From positions 608,001 to 672,000 of the forward strand of contig OZ242311.1 in the NCBI GenBank assembly GCA_965207885.1: a DNA stretch of 64,000 nucleotides. Direction: 5' to 3'. The stretch comes from Candidatus Latescibacterota bacterium. GTDB taxonomy: Bacteria > Latescibacterota > UBA2968. Shown here piece after piece: positions 59,288-64,000 of the stretch. Both the position numbers and the translations under genes were made by a program. Within the stretch, counting starts at the first letter, position 1. The number at the start of each line of letters is the position of its first letter. The notes below the pieces were generated by a model, which saw only the letters and a list, made by a program, of their open reading frames with translations, made no database searches and was not told where the DNA came from.

Positions 59288-59507
59288 TAGGCAAACACCC
59301 GGAGGTCGGGTGGCCTACTAAATACAAGAGCCTTACAAAGGTCGGACTTGCTACCCGACCGGTGAATAGGTAGGACTTTCCGTAGATGTGTTTGCGTAAT
59401 GGTGAACTCCGCCCGGCACCTTTTTAAGTGCCGAGAGGGGGCACAGCATCATGCTTGCACATCCCTTCTGATCGAAGATAAAATCGCCTTACGCGAGATT
59501 ATGTGCC

Positions 59508-59556
59508 AAAGCCCTGGCGGATAAACAGTTATCGTTTATTGTCCGCCGGGGCTTTT
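59508..59556 (+). terminator. Strong intrinsic terminator/attenuator
   Basis: aaagccctggcgga...tccgccggggcttttt. Confidence 0.75.
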
Positions 59557-59770
59557 TGTTTTTGCTGTGCCTCACGCACCGTGCTGTTCATCATCATTGG
59601 CATTGCGCTACCAAATGCATGAGCACTTCGGAGACAGGTTGCTAATCTGTCCAGGCAGTGGGGCACAGCTTGAACGGAAAGGAGGTGAATTAGGTTAATT
59701 CAGCCTCATTGTAGTATGCCACAAAAACAACCAATTCGCAAGTTTTTACAACAAGGAAAGGAGAAGAGTA

Positions 59771-60049
59771 ATGGCAGAAATAAAAACGGTTCAATGTCCA
59801 CATTGTAAAAAAAATGTGCGTTTTGAGAAAAGCGCATCTGGCAAATGGGTTGGAACTATTGCTGGTGGTGGCATAGGGTGGGGGATTGGGTCGGGTTTGG
59901 GCATAGCCGGGGGAATACTCGGCGCACCTATCGCTATACCCGCTGCGCTTGTGGCATTGGGTATAGGCGCACTATTGGGCAATAGAGCAGGGGCAATAGC
60001 AGATAATTCTGTAAAATGTCCAAACTGCAAGGAGCACATGTCAATATGA
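59771..60049 (+). CDS. Glycine-zipper membrane peptide with CxxC at both ends
   Basis: CPHC...GxxxG repeats...CPNC; SD AGGAG. Confidence 0.8.
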   Translation: MAEIKTVQCPHCKKNVRFEKSASGKWVGTIAGGGIGWGIGSGLGIAGGILGAPIAIPAALVALGIGALLGNRAGAIADNSVKCPNCKEHMSI

Positions 60050-60060
60050 AAGGGGCAAGT

Positions 60061-60696
60061 ATGAAGTTTCGCAACTTACTCACGGTGGCCTTTCTGATGC
60101 TGACGGTCAACATCCAAGCGAGTCCACTTGGAGAGAACCCGTTTGGCTTCAAGATGGGTATAACTCAAGACGATGTGCGCAACTTGGAAGGCGTTGTTGT
60201 CGATAGTGCCTGGGTATCGGGAAAGACAAAAGTTTTGACACTCTCCAAAGTGCCAGTGCCAGATGCAAGGTTTGTGACCTTTAACCTGTATTTCACAGAG
60301 AAGCACGGCCTTTATACACTTCAGGCCATGAGCAATTTTCTCAGGGTTGGGACAGGCGGGCAGGACATTATGCCGAAATATGTTGCGCTTCGTGAAGAAT
60401 TGGCAAAAATCTATGATAAGTACACCAAATATGGATTCACCAAATCGGCTTATGTGGATGGCATCGCCACTTGGGAGACTGGTATTGAGTGGGCATTGCA
60501 AGTCAGAAAGGGAAGCGGTCGGCACGATGGGCACGCTTTCGTTTCAAACTGGCTATTAGGCTTGGGTGGTCAAAAACAAAGCGAGCAACTCAGCATTGTT
60601 GGGCTATCAATCAGGGTGTGGGATCCCGCAAACCTTGTGCTGACATTCGGCTTTCGCAATATGCATGATGCCGGCGACTATGTTAGTAATCCTTGA
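60061..60696 (+). CDS. Secreted hypothetical passenger protein
   Basis: Signal peptide MKFRNLLTVAFLMLTVNIQA; PFGFKMG. Confidence 0.75.
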   Translation: MKFRNLLTVAFLMLTVNIQASPLGENPFGFKMGITQDDVRNLEGVVVDSAWVSGKTKVLTLSKVPVPDARFVTFNLYFTEKHGLYTLQAMSNFLRVGTGGQDIMPKYVALREELAKIYDKYTKYGFTKSAYVDGIATWETGIEWALQVRKGSGRHDGHAFVSNWLLGLGGQKQSEQLSIVGLSIRVWDPANLVLTFGFRNMHDAGDYVSNP

Positions 60697-60862
60697 TGAC
60701 CACGGTGGTCTTCCAAGTGATGCGTGGCCTGGAGTTTCTTGCCAATATCCGGTTGAGATCTTTCCTGTTCTGTTGTTCGACCCGGCTCTGCCTTTCATGA
60801 CAGGTTCTGGTGCATAGCACATAATAGCCAAGATACGGGCAGTTCTGGCATTTGAATTCCAT
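60683..60862 (-). CDS. Cys4 micro-protein, copy B (59 aa, absent from ORF track)
   Basis: MEFKCQNCPYLGYYVLCTRTCHERQSRVEQQ...VIKDY; SD AAGGAG. Confidence 0.75.
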   Translation of the reverse strand: MEFKCQNCPYLGYYVLCTRTCHERQSRVEQQNRKDLNRILARNSRPRITWKTTVVIKDY

Positions 60863-60920
60863 GTCAAGCTCCTTACAGATAATCGCTTGACAGATTTCCC
60901 CAATTCATGTAAGTTTGGGT

Positions 60921-60987
60921 ATCATCTGTCGGCGATGGTATATATGGGGCCCGCCCTTATCCCAATGGGGGCGGGCTGCTGCATTTT
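60921..60987 (+). ncRNA. Putative antisense sRNA to the Cys4 mRNA leader (B)
   Basis: TTGACA(60887)-17-TAAGTT, then hairpin gcccgcccttat/atgggggcgggc. Confidence 0.5.
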
Positions 60988-61028
60988 GCAGCAGTATGTG
61001 TACATTTTACCGTATTCGCTTATTGCTG

Positions 61029-61970
61029 TCAAGCCGTGAGGTCGCAATACCTCAGCCGTTTCCCCTCAAATCCTCGCACGATCATCTTCATCTGCTCAAT
61101 GGTGTCCTTCATCCGCATGTTCTGCCGTGCCACAAACTCTGCGATATACCTCCACAGGTGCTTCTTGCTCATCTTGTGATACACACCCATGATGGCACGT
61201 TTGATGCCCGACCAGAAAGATTCGATGCCGTTTGTGTGAGCGTCATCTCGGACATATTCTCCCCGCGAGTGAATCACCTTTTCGTGTTCGTATCCTTCCA
61301 GGTCATTATAGACGTGTGACCCGTCTGTATAGACGGTTGCACCCTTCTTGGTGCGATCTTCTATAAACGCGTGTAGGGTGTCCTCATCGGGATCGTCAAT
61401 CACAAGGGCCTGAACCTGTTTGGTCTCTCTATTCTTCACGCCAGCCACAGGGATTTTGCCCGATGTGCCTCTGCCAGCACGCAGTTTCTTCTTCGCGTGT
61501 TTGTTGCCTTCCTTGCCGCCGATATAGGTCTCATCAACTTCTACTGTGCCCTCAAACAGGAAGAGTTGCTCTTCTGCCATCGCCTCACGGATACGATGCA
61601 GAAGATGCCATGCTGTTTTCTGTGTGACACTCAAATCACGATGGATCTTCATGGATGAAATCCCTTTGAGTGTGGTGGTAAAAAGATAGACAGCAAATGC
61701 CCATATCTGATAGCCAAGGTTGGAACACGCCATAATGGTGCCCGTCTTTACAGAGAACCGTTTGTCACAGTCCCTGCATCTGTGTGGCATGGTCTTGTGC
61801 GCCGTCCTTTCATTCACATTGACACTCCCACAACACGGGCAGGCCATCCCATCAGGCCAGCGTGTGTGGATAAACCACTTCTCTGCGGTCGCGTTGTCGG
61901 GGAACATCTTGAACAACTGGATGAGGGATATGCCCTCTCGCTGATGCATGCCAGGCGCATTGCGTGCCAT
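61029..61970 (-). CDS. IS1595-family DDE transposase
   Basis: Zn ribbon CPCC..C..C, QKTAW HTH, VEVDET, YTDG, NGIESFW. Confidence 0.95.
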   Translation of the reverse strand: MARNAPGMHQREGISLIQLFKMFPDNATAEKWFIHTRWPDGMACPCCGSVNVNERTAHKTMPHRCRDCDKRFSVKTGTIMACSNLGYQIWAFAVYLFTTTLKGISSMKIHRDLSVTQKTAWHLLHRIREAMAEEQLFLFEGTVEVDETYIGGKEGNKHAKKKLRAGRGTSGKIPVAGVKNRETKQVQALVIDDPDEDTLHAFIEDRTKKGATVYTDGSHVYNDLEGYEHEKVIHSRGEYVRDDAHTNGIESFWSGIKRAIMGVYHKMSKKHLWRYIAEFVARQNMRMKDTIEQMKMIVRGFEGKRLRYCDLTA

Positions 61971-62068
61971 AGGTACACCTCACTTTTCTCTTGCAATTTG
62001 TGTGGTGACCCGTTATTTTTTATTCAAGCTAACCTAATCTCATTGTTTAGCTTTTTGGAGGGCAGTTG

Positions 62069-62106
62069 GGCGAGCCCTATGTTCCAGCATAGGGCTCGCC
62101 CTTTTT
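62069..62106 (+). terminator. Intrinsic terminator hairpin
   Basis: gggcgagccctatg/catagggctcgccc followed by T5. Confidence 0.7.
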
Positions 62107-62320
62107 ATATCTGCCCAAAAAATAATGGGTTACGATTTGAAATAAGATAACATTCCGTACGCTAAAATGCAAGTATTTTTTACTGCTCAAATGTGCAGTA
62201 AAAAAGAAAAGTGCTTGATTCTGAGAACCCGTTGGGTTAGATTTGGGCATCCATTATTAGCGCCATTTACGGTTGTATCAGCAACCGTAAATGGCTAACC
62301 CCCACATCCAAGGAGGAAAC

Positions 62321-62626
62321 ATGGGGATCTTTAATCCGGGGCGGCCATCCACCCAGGATCCGCCGGGCAGCATGGGACTGTATCGCTCAGTAGGACCCGA
62401 GGGCAATCTTAAGTATATCGGGTCGGCGAGTGACCTGAGTAGCCGTATCAATGCTCAGATCAGGTCAGGTGCTAAGGTGTCGCCTGGTGACACAATAGCT
62501 TGGCAGGCGGCCAAGCTAGGCACAACTATTCAACAAGTGAGGGCACATGAGGCCGCAAAGATAGCCCAACACAACCCACCCCTGAACCTCAGAGCGGGTG
62601 GAGGAGGACGCCTGCCAAATACGTGA
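62321..62626 (+). CDS. Stand-alone minimal GIY-YIG nuclease
   Basis: GLY..KYIGSA..L..R..HE..I....PPLN; SD AGGAGG; terminator at ~62644-62677. Confidence 0.8.
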   Translation: MGIFNPGRPSTQDPPGSMGLYRSVGPEGNLKYIGSASDLSSRINAQIRSGAKVSPGDTIAWQAAKLGTTIQQVRAHEAAKIAQHNPPLNLRAGGGGRLPNT

Positions 62627-62735
62627 TGATAATGTGTAACGAGAAAAGGGAGAACACGATCTGTGTTCTCCCTTTTTGTTTGCCAACATCTTTCTTGGTC
62701 ACTTCGGCACTATTGTATATAATTCCCGACAGTTA

Positions 62736-63977
62736 GGCCCCATGCGCAACTTCCTCATTCGGCACGATGATCTCGTTTTCATGGCCGGGCATTTCACGTT
62801 GCAAGAAAATCTGGCCGACGTCACCCGCAATTACATCGCCAAAGCGATCGCGCACTACGACCGAGAGGGCCTGGAAGCGACCATCGCGTATTACAACAGC
62901 CGGGAAAGCGTGGATGGGCATTTTTATTTGTTCCTCATCGGGGCCGATGATCTCTACCTGGCACATCCCATTTTCCCGCACCTGATCGGCACGGACATCA
63001 AGGACGTGGTGGGTTCGGACGGTTACGAACTGGGGAAGGAGATCGCCAAGGCGACCGCGGAAGGCCATTGGGTGGAATACCTGTGGCCGAACCCGGTAAC
63101 GCTGCAGGAAGAACATAAGGCGGCCTGGGTGGTGCGCCACGACGGGCTGATCTTCGCCTCGGGCTACTACACCTCGGACACCGAGGCCGGGTCGCCGCCC
63201 TGGCAGGGTGCCGATCCGAGGGAGTACACCGTGGCGTACGTGCAACGGGCCATTGACCGCTACAAGAGCGATGGCCTGGAGGCGATGAAGGCCTACTACA
63301 ACAGCGTGGCCTCCATTGAGGGCGAGTGGTATTTGTTCGCCACCGGCGCGGACGACATCTATCACGTCCACCCGCTGATTTCCAAACTGATCGGCACGGA
63401 CCTCAAGGATGTGGTGGGTTCCGATGGCTACGAACTGGGCAAGGCGCTGGTCAAGGCGGGGGACGGCGTGGGCGTTTGGGTGGAATACCTGTGGCCGCAT
63501 CCGGTGACGCTGGCGGAGGTTCCCAAGGTGGGCTATGCCATTCGGCACGATGGGATGATTTTCGCTTCGGGCTATTACCCTGCCCCGGAGAGTCCCGAAG
63601 CGGGCACCAAGGCATACGTGCAGGCTGCCATAGACAAGTACAAACAGGATGGCCTGGAAGCTACAGTCGCCTACTACAGCAGCCGGGAGAGCATTGAAGG
63701 CCAATCGTCCCTGTTCCTGATTGACGAGAATGACCGCATCGCTGTCTTCCTTGTTGCGCCCGGAGCGGTGGGTCTCAATATCGAGGCCATTAAGGTACCC
63801 AGCACCGGATTTGAACTTGGCAAAGAAATAGTGCGTGCGACCGAGGCCGGGCACTGGATTCACTACCAGCGGCCCCACGTGAGAACCGGCGTAATCCTGG
63901 ATGCACATGCATGGGTGATTCGCTACGATGGCCTGATTTTCGGGTCGAGCTACTTTGGCGAACCGGCGGGCGATTGA
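62736..63977 (+). pseudogene. 3' part of secreted multi-Cache-domain gene
   Basis: Three further repeats Y...AI..Y..DGLEA..AYY.S..S..G...HDG.IF.SGYY. Confidence 0.9.
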
Positions 63978-64000
63978 GAAGCCTTTGTCTCGCATTACTA

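Larger units (their letters stand above)
58340..59420 (+). ncRNA. Putative structured ncRNA, copy B, interrupted by IS5
   Basis: With IS5 removed, gttcatcattaggcaaacac pairs with gtgtttgcgtaatggtgaac; inner stem ggtcgggtggc/gctacccgacc; promoter TTGCTC-16-TATATT. Confidence 0.6.
57788..62727 (-). mobile_element. IS1595-family element with passenger genes and nested IS5 (4940 bp)
   Basis: Perfect 29-bp IRs gggaattatatacaatagtgccgaagtga; 8-bp TSD gacagtta at 57780-57787 and 62728-62735. Confidence 0.95.

Noticed and set aside
117-63995. Long antisense ORFs such as 117-1118, 5522-6487, 19942-20925, 30885-31940 and 62733-63995
   Set aside because: They are shadows of well-supported genes on the opposite strand and contain no motifs.

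Overview
Bacterial chromosomal window; the gene repertoire suggests a Latescibacterota/Gemmatimonadota-like organism, which is inference only. The housekeeping backbone comprises a DapA-like aldolase, an aldehyde dehydrogenase, a sulfatase, nfeD-floA, tRNA-Leu and tRNA-Met, serS, a surface-glycan cluster, hisG/D/C/B, uvrC and xerD. Three accessory regions interrupt it. (1) 3.7-10.3 kb: a two-gene operon encoding a 1758-aa protein with four GT-A domains, a kinase and a methyltransferase, plus a SLOG/LOG-polysaccharide deacetylase fusion. (2) ~13.5-27 kb: a defence-like island next to tRNA-Leu with a WYL regulator, a duplicated 69-bp operator/promoter, dnaB, two NucS-like nucleases, a DUF2779 nuclease, a PIN TA pair, a papain-like peptidase, an HNH remnant and a cargo-carrying IS1-family element (22637-25402, 8-bp TSD). 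(3) 57788-62727: a cargo-carrying IS1595-family element (29-bp IRs, 8-bp TSD) with a nested IS5, splitting a secreted four-Cache-domain gene. The main observation is that the unrelated IS1 and IS1595 elements carry the same passenger module. It consists of a promoter-driven structured RNA whose stems covary, then variable secreted cargo, then a convergent Cys4 micro-protein whose 5' UTR overlaps a short antisense RNA. All calls come from motif reading by eye; no searches were run.
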